From the NCBI RefSeq assembly GCF_963921235.1, contig NC_086097.1, positions 64,978,001 to 65,042,000 of the forward strand: a stretch of 64,000 nucleotides of DNA, read 5' to 3'. The position numbers and the translations under genes were made by a program. This document shows positions 1 to 12,280 of this stretch, piece by piece. The notes beneath the pieces were generated by a model. The model was not told the origin of the DNA. It was given only the letters and a program-made list of their open reading frames with translations, and did no database searches. The stretch's first letter is position 1. Each line of letters begins with the position of its first letter. Origin of the DNA: Mobula hypostoma. Its lineage: Eukaryota.

Positions 1-29
1 CAAAAAAAAATCTGGCATCTGCAGCTTAC

Positions 30-1395
30 AGGCCAGTTAGCCTGACCTCAGTGGTTGGGAAGATGTTGGAGGCTTTGGGGGACTTGGGGGCACATAATAA
101 AATAAGCTAAAGCCAGTATGGTTTCCTTAAGGGAATATCTTGCTGACAAATCTGTTCAAATTCTTTGAAGAAGTAACAAACAGGATAAACAAGAGAGAGT
201 CAGTGGAGGCTGTTTACTTGGATTTTCAAAAGGCCTTTGACAAGGTGCTGCCATGAGGCTGCTTGACAAGATCAGAGCACATGGTATTACAGGAAAGATA
301 CAAGCATGGATAAAAGATTTGCTGACTGGTAGGAGGCAAAGAATGGAAACAAAGGGGTCCTCATCTGGTTGGCTGCCAGTGATTAGTGGTGTTCTGTAAG
401 GGTGGGTATTGGGACAGCTTCTTTTCACATTGTACGTCAAAGATTTGGATGACAGATTTGATGGCTTTGTGGCCAAGCTGGCAGATGATATGAATATAGT
501 TGGAGGGGCAGGTAGTGTTGAGGAAGCAGGGAGTCTGCAGAAGGACTTAGATAGATTGGGAGAATGGGCAAAGAAGTGGCAGTTGGAATATAGTGCAGGG
601 AAGTGCATAGTCATACATTTTGATTGAATTAATAAAGGCATAGACTACTTTCTTAACAGGGAGAAAATTCAAAACTCAGAGGTGTAAAGGGACCTAGGAG
701 TCTTTGTGCAGGATTCCCTGAAGGTTAATTTGCAGGTTGAGTTAGTGGTAAGGACGGCAAATACAGTGTTAGCATTCATTTCAAGAGGACTAGAACATAA
801 AAGCAAGGATCTAATGCTAAGGCTTAAAAAGGCATTGGTATTGCAAGCAGCTTTGAACCTCTTATCTGAGAAAAGAAATGTTGGCATTGAGGACAGTCCA
901 GAGGAGGTACACAAGAATGATTCCAGGAATGAAAGGGTTAATAAATGAAGAGATTTTGATGGCCCTTGGCCTGTACTCTCTGGAGTTAAGAAGAATGAGG
1001 GGGATCCCATGAAACCTATCATATATTGGAAGACCTAGATATAATGGATGCGGAGAGGATATTTCCTGTAATGGATGAGTTTAGGACCAGAGGGCACAAC
1101 CTCAGGATAAAGGGACGTCCATTTAGAACAGAGATGAGGAGAAATTTCTTTAGCCAGAGGGTAGTGAATCTGTGGAATTCATTGCCACTGGGAGCTGTGG
1201 ATGCCAAGAAATTGGGTATATTTTAGGTGGAGGTTGATAGGTTCTTGCTTAGTCAGGACATCAGAAGTTACGGAGGTAAGGCAAGAGAATGGGGCTGAGA
1301 GGGATAACAAATCAGCCGTGAAGGAATGGCAGAGCACACACAGGATCAATGGGCTGAATGGTCTAAATTCTGTTCCTATGTCTTATGCTCTCATG
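30..1395 (+). mobile_element. CR1 (HER1-like) LINE, 3' part, decayed
   Basis: RT fragments (YLDFQKAFDKV, LFTLYVKDLD..KLADD, WQLEY..KC), TRGHNLRI..FFSQRVVNLWNSLP C-terminus, CR1-type 3' UTR ending ttcctatgtcttatg. Confidence 0.9.
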
Positions 1396-1659
1396 TAATA
1401 TGCGTCCCTAAAGCCATTCATACACAATGCAAGTAAATAACCATGGTCAAAACCTCAGTAATTGACAAATCTGCAGTTCATAATGAAATAGGTGAAGAGA
1501 ACTGATTTGAATTCCCATTTTTATATTTTCAACTCAGTTGGCAAACACTTGAATGCCAGCTCAATTTAAGAGTAATTTTATCAGATTATTAATGCAATAG
1601 ACTAATATTTTCAAAAATTTAACTGTCTGTGAGTTTAGGCGCTTATTGTCTTTTTTTGT

Positions 1660-2103
1660 CTTATGAGGATAGGTTAAGTGAGCTCAAGCTTTTCTCTTTG
1701 GAGTAAAGGAGGATGACAGTAACTTGATGGAGATGTACAAGATGATAAGAAGCATAGATCGAGTGGACAGCCAGTGACCTTTTTCCAGGGCTGAAACGGC
1801 TAATACAAAAGGGTATAATTTTAAGGTGATTGGCAGAATACAGAGGGTGGATGTTAGAGGTATGCTTTTTACACAGAGTGGTGAGTTTGTGGAACACACT
1901 TCCAGGAGCAGTAGTCGAGGTAGTTACATTTGGGATATTTAAGACACTCTTAGATAGGCAAATGAATGACAGCAAAATGGGGGGCTATGTAGGAGGGAAG
2001 GGTTAGATTGATTTGAGAATAGGATAAAAGATTAGGACAACACTGTGGGCCAAAAAGGCCTATACTGTACTATACTGTGCTGTACTGCTCTATGTTCTAT
2101 GTT
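1660..2103 (+). mobile_element. CR1 LINE 3' end (second family, tgtactg/ctatgttctat tail)
   Basis: SYEDRLSEL...FTQSGEFVEHTSR-like remnants; tail matches that of the CR1 at 28667. Confidence 0.8.
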
Positions 2104-2199
2104 ATTACACGAGAAGGTGTATTGTGGTTAGGAGGGGAAAGTAATTTCAAGATAAAATTCAACTACCCATTTATTAAACTGGGTCTCACTGAATTCATA

Positions 2200-3478
2200 A
2201 AGTCATAGAATCGTGCAGAATGGAAACAGAGTATTCTGTTATTCAATAGCCTTCTAAGACTAACCAATTCAAGTGCTTTTCTAGACCCTGCTTCAACCAT
2301 GCTCTCAGGCTGTGCACTCCAGCTACTTGCCACTCCTGAGGTGAAGACGGAACCCCTCATAAACCCTCTAAATCTCCACTCCCTCATCCTAAATCTGTAC
2401 CTTCTAGTTTTATCTATTTCTGAAATGGGGGAAAGTTTCCTAAGTGTGTCTTTTCTATACCCCTCTTAGTTATATATATTTTGCTTGTGACCCCTCATAA
2501 CGTCTCCAGAAACAGTTGCCCGGCTTCTCCAGTCTCTTCTCATAACCAAAATACTCCATCCATTAGAGGCAATAACCTCCCCAGTACTATCACAGCCTTT
2601 CTATGTCAAATTGACCCAAACTGGGTGGAGTTCTAAAGTTATAGGGCTTTATAAGGCTTTACAAACCTCTCTAGCTCTGTATTCAATGTCTTGACTAATG
2701 AAGACTGGTATCACATATGCATTCCTAATCATGTTGTCTAGCTGCGTGTCCACTTTCAAAGATCTATGAACTTGTACTCCAAGGCTCCTCTGATTCTCAA
2801 TACTCCCTAAGACCCTGTGATTTATGGTTTATGTTCTAACCTCATTCATACTTCCAAATTCCATCACCTCACAGTTGGCACACCATCAGCCATTTTCAGC
2901 TCATTTCATTGACACCTCTCTGCTACCTACAACTTCTTACCACACTTTCAGCAATTCCACCAATCTTCACGTCAACTGCGAAGTTACTTACCTTGCCTTC
3001 CGCATCTATATTCAACTCATTCAAGAACATTACAAACACCAAGGATCCCAACACTTATATTTGTGGTACATCACAAGTCACAAGCATTCCATCACAAAAT
3101 CAGCTCTCTGCCATCACCCTCTGTCTCTATTGGCAAGCCAGTTTTGGATCCAGTTTGCCAACTTGTCTGGACCTTTATCCTGACTTCTTAAGGCAATTTC
3201 TCATGTGGAACCTTGTCAAAATCCATGCAAGTCACATCTACTACCCTGCGCTCATCATTACACTTTGCTAACTCTTCAAAGAAGTCAATCAAATTGGTCA
3301 GCAGGAGCTGTCCTTCACAGTCACATTGGCCATCTCCGATTTGTCCATGCCTTTCTGAATGATCATTAATTGTCTCCATCAGAATGTTTCTCAGTATTTT
3401 CTTTAGCACTGATGTTAGATTCATAGATCTATAGTAATCAGGTCATTCTTCAAAAGGGGGGACCGCATTTGCTGTCAT
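2200..3478 (-). mobile_element. old, heavily decayed CR1 LINE
   Basis: minus-strand RT remnants: LTNLIDFFEE..VDVTCMDFDKVPH, GSVFTSGVASSWSAQP. Confidence 0.75.
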
Positions 3479-3639
3479 ACAAATAGATTACTTGGAATCT
3501 GCAGCAGCAATGCTGGCAAAATTGATAACTACCAACACTGACAACAGCACACATTCAGTTACACTTGCATATCCAGACGTTTCTCTCAGAGTTACCCTGC
3601 TCCTCCATTGTATACCCTCTTGTAGCCTACACAGCAGTC

Positions 3640-4090
3640 AAGACATTCTTGTATTTGAGCCAGAAAGGGTGTTATAACCTGGAGACTCAGAAATAAATCT
3701 CTAGGCTATTGCTCAGTGTGGTTCTAACAGCACTGGACTAGTGGCAATGCTGTCTTTCAGATAGGGTGTTCAGCAACGAGACCTGAAACCTTAATTAGGT
3801 TTCTCCCTCCTCAGACGCTGTCTGATTCGCTGAGTACTTCCAGCATTTCTATAACATTTCTGTGCCAAACTAAGACTCTCTGGGGGGCATAAAGAATGCC
3901 AGTATTATGATCAGGAGCAGCAGAGTTATTCCAGGTGTCCTGACCTTTATTTTTTTTCCCCATCAATATGATTAAAAAGATAATTTTTTGGTTATTCTTC
4001 CAGTTGCTTGTTTTTTGCATGTTTGTTTCATGTTTTCCACATTCTAACAGTGATGACACTTTTAAAAATGATTCAGCACTCTTGGATAAA
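3640..4090 (+). mobile_element. ancient Deu-domain SINE (SacSINE1/AmnSINE-like), interrupted by a short Penelope-derived fragment (~3800-3865)
   Basis: degenerate Deu core (gctgtctttcagatagggtgtt; gagcagcagagttattccaggtgtcctgacc; tttccacattctaacagtga), recognised by eye. Confidence 0.5.
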
Positions 4091-4145
4091 ATATGACAAC
4101 TCAACACAGGGACAAGCTTCTCATCCCATCATCTCTGTGCTGACC

Positions 4146-4680
4146 ACAGACCATAAGATGCAGGAGCAGAATCAGGCCATTTGGCCCATCCGAGTCTGCT
4201 CCACCATTTCATCACAGGATTTTATCTCAACCCCTATCTCCTGCCTTCTCCCCGTATCTCTTTATGCCCTGACTAATCAAGAATCTATCAGCCTCTGCCT
4301 TAAATATACATGAAGACTTGGTCTCCACAGCTACCTGTGGCAACAAATTCCACAGATTCACCGCTCTCAGGTGAAAGAAATTCCTCCTCATCTCCATTCT
4401 AACATGGATGTCCGACCATTCTGAGGCTGTGTCCTCTGGTCCTAGACTCTCTCGCCATAAGAAACATCCTCTCTACATCTACTCCATCGAAGCCTTTCAC
4501 CATTGACCATGAGACCAATCCAAACTAATCCCTTCAGCTTGCACATGAACCATATCCCTCCATTTCCTGCTTGTTTGTGTACCTCTCTAAATATTTCTCA
4601 AACATTGTTATCGTAACTTCTTCCAGCACCTCCATGGCAGTGCATTCTAGGCACTGACCTCTCTCTCTGTGAACTCTTCC
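4146..4680 (-). mobile_element. CR1 3'-end fragments (two adjacent)
   Basis: accataagatgcaggagcagaatcaggcc tail and reverse complement of RGHSLRI/NFFxxRVVNLWN. Confidence 0.75.
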
Positions 4681-5429
4681 ATGTGCAGAGACTAAGAAAA
4701 GTTTTATGTAAACGCAAGTTATTTTCTTATCAGTACATTGATCAAACAACAAGCTACTACATATTATTTTCACAGCAAAAACAGTGAAAATATTGTTTTA
4801 TTGAATGAGATGAAACAAAGTTTTTAAAGGCAATCAAAATCAGAATTACAGCTTTAAAACATTTCTGAGGCAAAACATCTGATTTTATATTAGAGCATGC
4901 TCAATCTAAAAACAGTACATTATTTTATCAAATATAAAATGGATATTTTATTAATTTGTTCATGATATGTTAACTTCTCACTTAAACCCATGTAACAGTC
5001 TCAAAATTTATTTTGCTTTCTGTAAAATGTATAAAGAGTAACTGGCCCAGAATTTATGGTGAGTGCTGGGTGTTCTATTTGTGTACAGATATGTGGAAGG
5101 TGTTCTTATTCAGCATGACTATGGGGCAAATTAACCTCAAAGTGCTATCCTCATTCAATTACTGCAACTACGTGCCTTGCTCTTCTAACAGTGGAAGCTA
5201 TTGACGATAATGAGGAGGTAGGAGGGCAGCTGCAGAAATGGCTGCCATTGTGAGTAGATCCCTGCATACCAATGTAAGCTTAAGTGTTTGTTTGTGGGTG
5301 GTACAACTGCTTCTGAGTGCCGTTCTAGATGTTCAAAATTGATGTACGTACCTAAGCAGTTGCAGAATTTCCTCACACCCTGTTCTGAGACATGGATTGA
5401 ATGAAACCGGTTGTTATTCCTGGCTTATC

Positions 5430-6118
5430 GTATACTCATTCTCGCTCCCCTCATACCCCTTTTCTTCTCCTCACCTCCCTCTGGTGCTCCTCCTCCTTCC
5501 CTTTCTCCAATGGTCCACTCTCTTCTGTCAGATTCCTTCTTCTTCAGCCCTTTTCCTCTAGCAACTGTTCCCTCCTAGCTCTTTACTTCATACCCCTCCC
5601 CCACCACCCGGCTTCCCCCTCAGCTGATCTCACCTATCACCTGTCAGCTTGTAGTATTTCTCCTTTCCCCCACCTTCTCATTCTGGTTTCTTCCCCCTTC
5701 CTCTCCAGTCCTGATGAAAGGTCTCAGCTTGGACTGCCAACTGTTTACTCCTCTCCACAGACACAGCTTAACCTGCTAAATTCCTCCAGCATCTTGTGTA
5801 TGTTGCTCTGGATTTCCAGCATCTGCAGAATCTCCTGTAGTTGTTATTCCTGCTGTCTTTTCCACTGAATCCTTTCTTCTCTGCAAGTCCTCCTGACACT
5901 TTAGCACTGAGAGCAGGCGTTCAGACTCCCTCACAAGATTGCGATATTCCACGTGAGTGAAGCGAGAGGCAACCTCCCTTCCTTTTACACTTTACATGAC
6001 GTTATCGCAATCTACTTATGTGTCCTGATGAAGGGTCTCAGCCGGAAACGTTGACTGTTTCCTCTTTTCCATAGATGCTGCCTGGCCTGCTGAGTTCCTC
6101 CAGCATCTTGTGTGTGTC
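5430..6118 (+). mobile_element. Penelope-like element (PLE) pLTR-derived repeats, two copies (5430-5840 and 6020-6118) with hammerhead-like motif
   Basis: pyrimidine-rich tract, then ctgatgaagggtctc..gaaacg..gactg and gatgctgcctggcctgctgagttcctccagca; the same motif recurs at 11.7, 45.0, 47.1 and 51.1 kb. Confidence 0.65.
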
Positions 6119-6119
6119 T

Positions 6120-7030
6120 TTAGTCTCCTGTACCTCGCCCCTCATGGCAGCAATGAGAAGAGGGCAGGTCCTGGACGATGGAGATCCTTAATAATGGATG
6201 CAGCTTTTTTGAGGCATGGCCTTTTGAGAATGTCCTCGATGCTGGAGAGTCTACTGCCCATGATAGAGTTGGCTGAAATTGCAACCCTCCGCAGCTTTTT
6301 CTGATCCTGTGCTGTGGCTCCTCCGTACCAGAAGGTGAAGTTAGAATGCTCTCCACAATACATCTGGACAAATTTGCATCAATATGTTTGGTGTAGGATA
6401 AATCTTCAGCGACGTTGACATCCAGGAACTTGAAACTGCTCACCACAAATTTCATGACGTCCACCCACTGGCCACATTATTAGGCACAAGAGTGGAACCC
6501 ATGTGTTGGCCTTCTGCTGCTGTAGACCATCCACTGTGACATGTTGGCATTCAGAAATGCTCTTTTACTGTTGTAAAGCATGCTTACTTAAGTTACTGTT
6601 GCCTTTCTGTCAGTTTGAAGCAGTCTAGCCATTCTCCCCTGATGTCTTCCATTAACAAAGCATTTTCACCCACAGAACTGTCACTTACTGGATTTTTTTT
6701 TTTGTTTATTGCACCATTCTCTTAACTCTTAAAGACTGTAGTGCCTGAAAATCCCAGGAGATCAGCAGTTTCTGAAATATTCAAACCACCCTGTCTGGCA
6801 TCAACAATTATTCCTTGGTTAAAGTAACTTAAAACACATTTCTTCCCCATTCTGATGCCTGATCTGAGCAACAACTGAATCTCTTGACCATGTCTGCATG
6901 CTTTTATGTCTGGAGTTGCTGCCACGTGATTGGCTGATTAGATATCTGTAATAATGAGTGGTGTACAGGTGTACCTAATAAAGTGGCCACTGCATGTACA
7001 TCAGTGATATCAAACCTGATTCTGTTTCTG
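6120..7030. mobile_element. Rex1/Babar LINE remnant: minus-strand ORF piece (6120-6444) joined to a plus-strand tail that is split by a Tc1 MITE
   Basis: VSSFKFLDVNV.., AQDQKKLRRV..KAASIIKDLHRPG..LFSLLP on minus; acaaatttcatgac..cagtgatatcaaacctgattctg tail on plus. Confidence 0.75.
6462..6996 (-). mobile_element. Tc1-derived non-autonomous element (internally deleted)
   Basis: TIR-like ends cacccactggccacattattagg / cctaataaagtggccactgcatg-TA; Tc1 N-terminus MGKKCVLSYFNQGIIVDARQGGLNISETADLLGFS on minus. Confidence 0.85.
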
Positions 7031-7431
7031 TGGAAGTTAACTAGTGCCAGAAACACCAGTACAAAATAACTTTGTGGTGAATGTTCATTTGATCTATTTT
7101 GTAGGACTGGTTATTGTTGAAGATGATTCATTTTTTAAAAATATCAATGTCATGGACACACACAACTGTTGACTGTGACAGAGGAATCTCTGAAAAATTT
7201 CCTTTCTGTAGCCCAACAGTTTTTCATCTCTTCCAATGAACTTCAATCACTGAATCTTCAGATGGCTTTTATACATGTATTCTTCTGGGCAAACACTGAC
7301 CGTCACTGGTCGTACTATCCATTAATGGTGTACTGCGAGTCCAGAATCCTGGCTGGTATCTGTCTTTTGGTTTTTATTCTTATCTATCCAACTATAATGA
7401 CCTAATCATTTGCCTTGACTTTGATTCCTGC

Positions 7432-7614
7432 TCACACACCATTATCTCTGGAATACTCGCAAACATCCATTCTATTTTGTTCTTCAGTAACTTCATCTGA
7501 AAAGATTGTGTCAGGTTCCATATGCACACCAATGGTACCCACTTCTAGAACAGCACCATCTCTCTCAAGCTCTTTGCTATCTCCGATAAGCATGCTGCTG
7601 GCCGGGTATTCAGT
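7432..7614 (-). other. exon-like open segment (acidic 60-aa peptide), gene unknown, possibly pseudogenic
   Basis: acceptor-like gcattcttctag| then open frame TEYPASSMLIGDSKELERDG...EEQNRMDVCEYSRDNGV*; not assignable to a TE. Confidence 0.25.
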
Positions 7615-8049
7615 CTAGAAGAATGCTAAACTTCTACCAACTGGATGCTGTAAAGATAGTCATTGTCTTCAAAGCCTATTATAAATCCTTATTATAGTAA
7701 CTGAATCCATTCCTTTCCATGACCACTGATCAACACCAAACTAGACAGTTCATTGGCTTGTAACCCTGTCATGATCTTCTAGCCCCAGAATCAATCATCG
7801 CTCACCTGCTACCTGCTCATACGTCCCACTTATTCCCTCAGCTTATCCGCCTCTCAAAGTTTTTCTACCTTTAGAACAAACTATTGCAATGCTTGCCTGC
7901 CTGATAATCCATCTGCATCTTCTGGAAAGTTAAGTCCATGGGAACTTTTGGTGAATCTACTAACATGTTCACATCATCACTCAGTCCACTACTGTACATT
8001 ATCTCCCATTTGGCAATATTTCAGTCTAAAAGAATCACTCTTTCTAATA

Positions 8050-8320
8050 AGTGCCTCTATGTAAGTTTTCACACCCCTTTAATCTAGTTACAGCCTCTAG
8101 TCTCTGAGCTGTACTAGTCCTGGCTCCTTGAGTTTTCCGGATTTTTGTTGCCCTACAATTACAAGACCAGGCCTTCAGCTATCTAACTTCCTTCCCTAGC
8201 CACCCTACCTCTCAACCTGCCTTTCATCTTTTAATATAAACTTAGTCTCTTGAACAAGCTTCCGGTCATCTGTCCTCATAACTACCAAGATGACTGAGTG
8301 TTAAATTTTGTTCAATAATG
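8050..8320 (+). mobile_element. old L2-like LINE 3' remnant
   Basis: gccttcagctatct...ctcttgaacaagcttccggtcatctg resembles L2 3' ends; very decayed. Confidence 0.35.
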
Positions 8321-8824
8321 CAAAATTTGGCACTGTGCCACAACAGCTGATATGAGGACATAAATGTGGTGAGTTTTATGGATAAGCACAGATTTCATTT
8401 ATATACAAGGCTTAGTCTTGTAACATTTTCCAAGATACTTTGCATCCTTGACAAAGCTTGTGCATAAATGAAAGGAGTTGTTAAGTTGCCACTTCATCCT
8501 GCTTTTTTCAAATAAATGATGGCTCCGGATCAGGTAACTTGAGGATCTTTGATCCCACCACCTCTTCATAAAATATCAATATGCTGTTAATTTTTATTGC
8601 AATAATTGGCCCACATTTTCGTATGCAAACTCAGAAGCATTCAACAGGTGTATTGGGATATTTTGTTTCATAGACTTAAACATGTCCATAGAAGATAAAG
8701 TGAGTTTCCACAACAGTTTTCTGTTCTGGTTGGTGCTTCTGGGCTAAAATAACCATAATTAAAATGATATTTTAATGGAGTTATTAAATTATTAATTTCA
8801 ACAAAGTCACATCAAAATAGTTTA

Positions 8825-9450
8825 GATTAGCTTAGACTATGAAGACACGCAGTCCTCTTTTATTGTCATTTAGTAATGCATGCATTAAGAAATGATACAA
8901 TATTTCCTCCGTTGTGATATCACAAAACACAGGACAGACCAAGACTGAAAAAACCGACAAAACCACATAATTATAACATATAGTTACCACAGTGCAACAA
9001 TACCATAACTTGATGAAGAAGTCCATGAGCACAGTAAAAGTTCAAAGTCTCTCAAATGTCCCACATCTCATGCAGACGGGAGAAGGAAGAACTCTCCCTG
9101 CCATGCCGACCACAGTCCGACTCAGTCATCCGAAAACTTCGAGCTCTGATCAGCTCTCCGACACCGAGTACTGAACGCCATCTCTGTCCGAATGATTTGA
9201 CCTCAATCTCGGTCACCAACAGCAGGCAAAGCCAGGGACTTTGAGGCCTACCCTACGAAAGATTCCCGACCACGCAGTAACAACAGCAGCGAACCAGCGT
9301 TTCAGAAATTTCTCCAGATGTTCCTCTGTGCTTTCACATACATCACCATCAAATCAGAATTGTCCACGGCTCCTATTTAACGGATACGATATCATTTTTC
9401 ACCGGAGGGCTGCGCACCCGCAGTGCGCTGCTCTCTGTCCTCCCGCCGAT
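8825..9450 (-). mobile_element. non-autonomous retroelement (~620 bp) with Rex/Babar-like tail and CpG-rich 5' end
   Basis: minus-strand tail atgacaataaaagagg...(aatct)n; GC-rich head ggcgggaggacagagagcagcgcactgcg; no ORF. Confidence 0.55.
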
Positions 9451-9867
9451 TATTATGTTATATGAGCCACTAAGATGGCAAGATCAAAATTAATTAATAA
9501 TTGTGATTTTATTTTTCAGATGGAATTTTAACTTTTGGAAGGGGAAGCACTAATGTTAATGTAAATGATAAAGATTGCATTGTCAAAATCAAATTTCCAC
9601 AATTTGTGTCATTGGTATTTTACCAAGCTGTGGTTATAGCATGACAATTTCCTTACTCTGACTCCAGCATAAGTATAATCTTAGACTCCACACTTTTTAG
9701 ATATTCAAAGGATAACACATCAAAATGCATTGTGATGCTAGCCCAGTTAATTCCATGTGAATTGCTTGTACCTGCCACAAAGAATCTTCTCTCTTTGTTC
9801 TCAGCAAGTGACATCCTTAACCTATTTGCCTCACTGGTCTTCCTGAGCTATACTTAATCCAAATTTA

Positions 9868-11470
9868 CAAATCCCATTTCCAGAAAAGTTGGGATATTTT
9901 CCAAAATGCAATAAAAACAAAAATCGGTGATATGTTAATTCACGTGAACCTTTATTTAACTGACAAAAGTACAAAGAAAAAATTTTCAATAGTTTTACTG
10001 ACCAACTTAATTGTATTTTGTAAATATACACAAATTTAGAATTTGATGGCTGCAACACACTCAACAAAAGGTGGGACAGAGTTAAAATAAGATTGAAAAG
10101 TGCACAGAATATTCAAGTAACACCGGTTTGGAAGACTCCACATTAAGCAGGCTAATTGGTAGCAGGTGAGGTATCATGACTGGGTATAAAAGTAGCGTCC
10201 ATTAAAGGCTCAGTCTTTGCAAGCAAGGATGGGTCATGGCTCACCCCTTCGTACCAAAATTCGTGAGAGAATTGTTAGTCAGTTCAAAAGGAACATTTCT
10301 CAATGCAAGATTGCAGAGAATTTAGGTCTTTCAACATCTACAGTACATAATATTGTGAAAAGATTCAGAGAATTCGGAGACATCTCAGTGCGTAAAGGGC
10401 AAGGTCGGAAACCACTGTTGAATGCAAGTGGTCTTCGAGCCCTCAGGCGGCACTGCCTAAGAAACCATCATGCTACTGTGACAATTATAGCCATCCGGGC
10501 TCAGGAGTACTTTGGAAAACCATTGTCACTCGATACAATCCGTTGCTGCATCCAGAAATGCAACTTGAAACTGTATTACGCAAGGAGGAAGCCATACATC
10601 AACTCTATGCAGAAACGCCGGCGAGTTCTCTGGGCCCGAGCTCATCTCAGATGGACCGAAAGACTGTGGAACCATGTGCTGTGTCAGATGAGTCCACATT
10701 TCAGCCAGTTTTCGGAAAAAACAGGCATCGAGTTCTCTGTGCTAAAAATGAAAACGACCATCCAGATTGTTATCAGTGAAAGGTGCAAAAGCCAGCATTT
10801 GTGATGGTATGAGGGTGCATCAGTGCCCACGGCATGGGTGAGTTGCATGTATGTGAAGGTACCATTGACTCTGAGGCGTATATTAGGATTTTAGAGAGAC
10901 ATATGTTGCCATTAAGGCGACATCTCTTCCCGGGACGTCCATGCTTATTTCAGCAGGACAATGCCAGACCACATTCTGCACGGGCTACAACAGCGTGGCT
11001 TTGTAGACACAGAGTGCGTGTGCTTAACTGGCCTGCTGCCAGTCCAGATCTATCTCCTATTGAAAATGTATGGCACATCATGAAGAGGAGAATCAGACAA
11101 CGGAGACCACAGACTGTTGAGCAGCTGAAGTCTTATATCAAGCAAGAATAGACAAAATTTCCAATTGCAAATCTACTACAATTAGTATCCTCAGTTCCAA
11201 AACAATTAAAAAGTGTTATTAAAAGGAAAGGTGATGTAACACAATGGTAAACATGCCTCTGTCCCAACTTTTGTTGAGTGTGTTGCAGCCATCAAATTCT
11301 AAATTTGTCTATGTTTACAAAATACAATTAAGTTGGTCAGTAAAACTGTTGAAAATCTTTTCTTTGTACTTTTGTCAGTTAAATAAAGGTTCACGTGAAT
11401 TAACATATCACAGATTTTTGTTTTTATTGCATTTTGGAAAATATACCAACTTTTCTGGAAATGGGGTTTG
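9868..11470 (+). mobile_element. full-length Tc1 DNA transposon (DD34E, long ~210-bp TIRs)
   Basis: TIRs 9868-~10080 and ~11257-11470 (caaatcccatttccagaaaagttggg / ccaacttttctggaaatggggtttg); TA at left, CA at right. Confidence 0.95.
10229..11250 (+). pseudogene. Tc1 transposase, disrupted (frameshift near 10684; stops near 10777, 10810 and 11149)
   Basis: MGHGSPLRTKIRERIV HTH region, GRKP, SDESTF, FQQDNARPH and SPDLSPIENVW with 34 residues between D and E. Confidence 0.93.
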
Positions 11471-11649
11471 CAAATAATAGAATAGAAAAGCAAAATATTG
11501 CAGAAGTTGGAAATCTGACATAAAAGTGTAAAATGATGCAAATAGTCAAGATATCAGGCAGCATCTGTGGAGAGAAAAAAAAAGATGTTGCCTTGTACTT
11601 GCAGCACATTCTACAGACCTTAAAGTAAATATCTTCATGGTAAATATGA

Positions 11650-11848
11650 GGAAATGTACAGATGCTGGAAATTCAAGCAACACACACAAAAAATGCTGGT
11701 GAACGCAGCAGGCCAGGCAGCATCTATAGGAAAAGGTACAGTCGATGTTTCGGGTCAAGACGAGGGTCTCAGCCCAAAACATTGACTGTACCTCTTCCTA
11801 TAAATGCTGCCTGGCCTGCTGCATTCACTAGCACTTTTTGTGTGTATA
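11650..11848. mobile_element. Penelope-derived inverted duplication (palindrome)
   Basis: gcagcaggccaggcagcatctatagg..tacagtc is mirrored by gactgtacc..cctataaatgctgcctggcctgctgc. Confidence 0.8.
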
Positions 11849-11974
11849 TCTCAAGGTAAGCTATGTTTTGTCTCTGGGTTCTCTCCAAAAAGACCTCAAG
11901 TTAAGGGAAATAATTGGTGCATATGCAAATTATGCAGATTTCCACATACTAGATATCATTTAACAGCATTTCCA

Positions 11975-12280
11975 CGGTACAGCAGCATTGCAGTTAGCAT
12001 AATGCTACTGTAGTGCCAGCAGTAAGATCAGAGTTCAATTCCCGATGCTGTCTATAAGAGGTTCGCGCATTCTCCCTGTGACCACATGGGTTTCTTGCGG
12101 GTGCTCCAGTTTCCTCCTGCATTCCAAAGGTGCACAGTTAAAGTTTAGTAAGTTGTGGGCATGCTCTGTTGGCACTGTAAGTGTGGCGTCACAATCCTCA
12201 CTAACTTGTTGTGATGCAAATGATGCATTTCACTGTATGTTTTGATATACATTTGACAAATAAAGCTAATCCCTCTTTCT
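11975..12280 (+). mobile_element. tRNA-derived V-domain SINE with Rex/Babar-type tail
   Basis: B-box gagttcaattcc, V domain cattctccctgtgaccacatgggtttc..gggtgctccagtttcctcc, tail catttcactgtatgt..gacaaataaagctaat. Confidence 0.75.

Noticed and set aside
7560..7600. LIGDS as a CR1 ORF1 SGNH esterase motif
   Set aside because: No downstream GxND or DxxH blocks
10834..11151. DD38E or other unusual Tc1 subfamily
   Set aside because: Counted 34 residues between the second D and E
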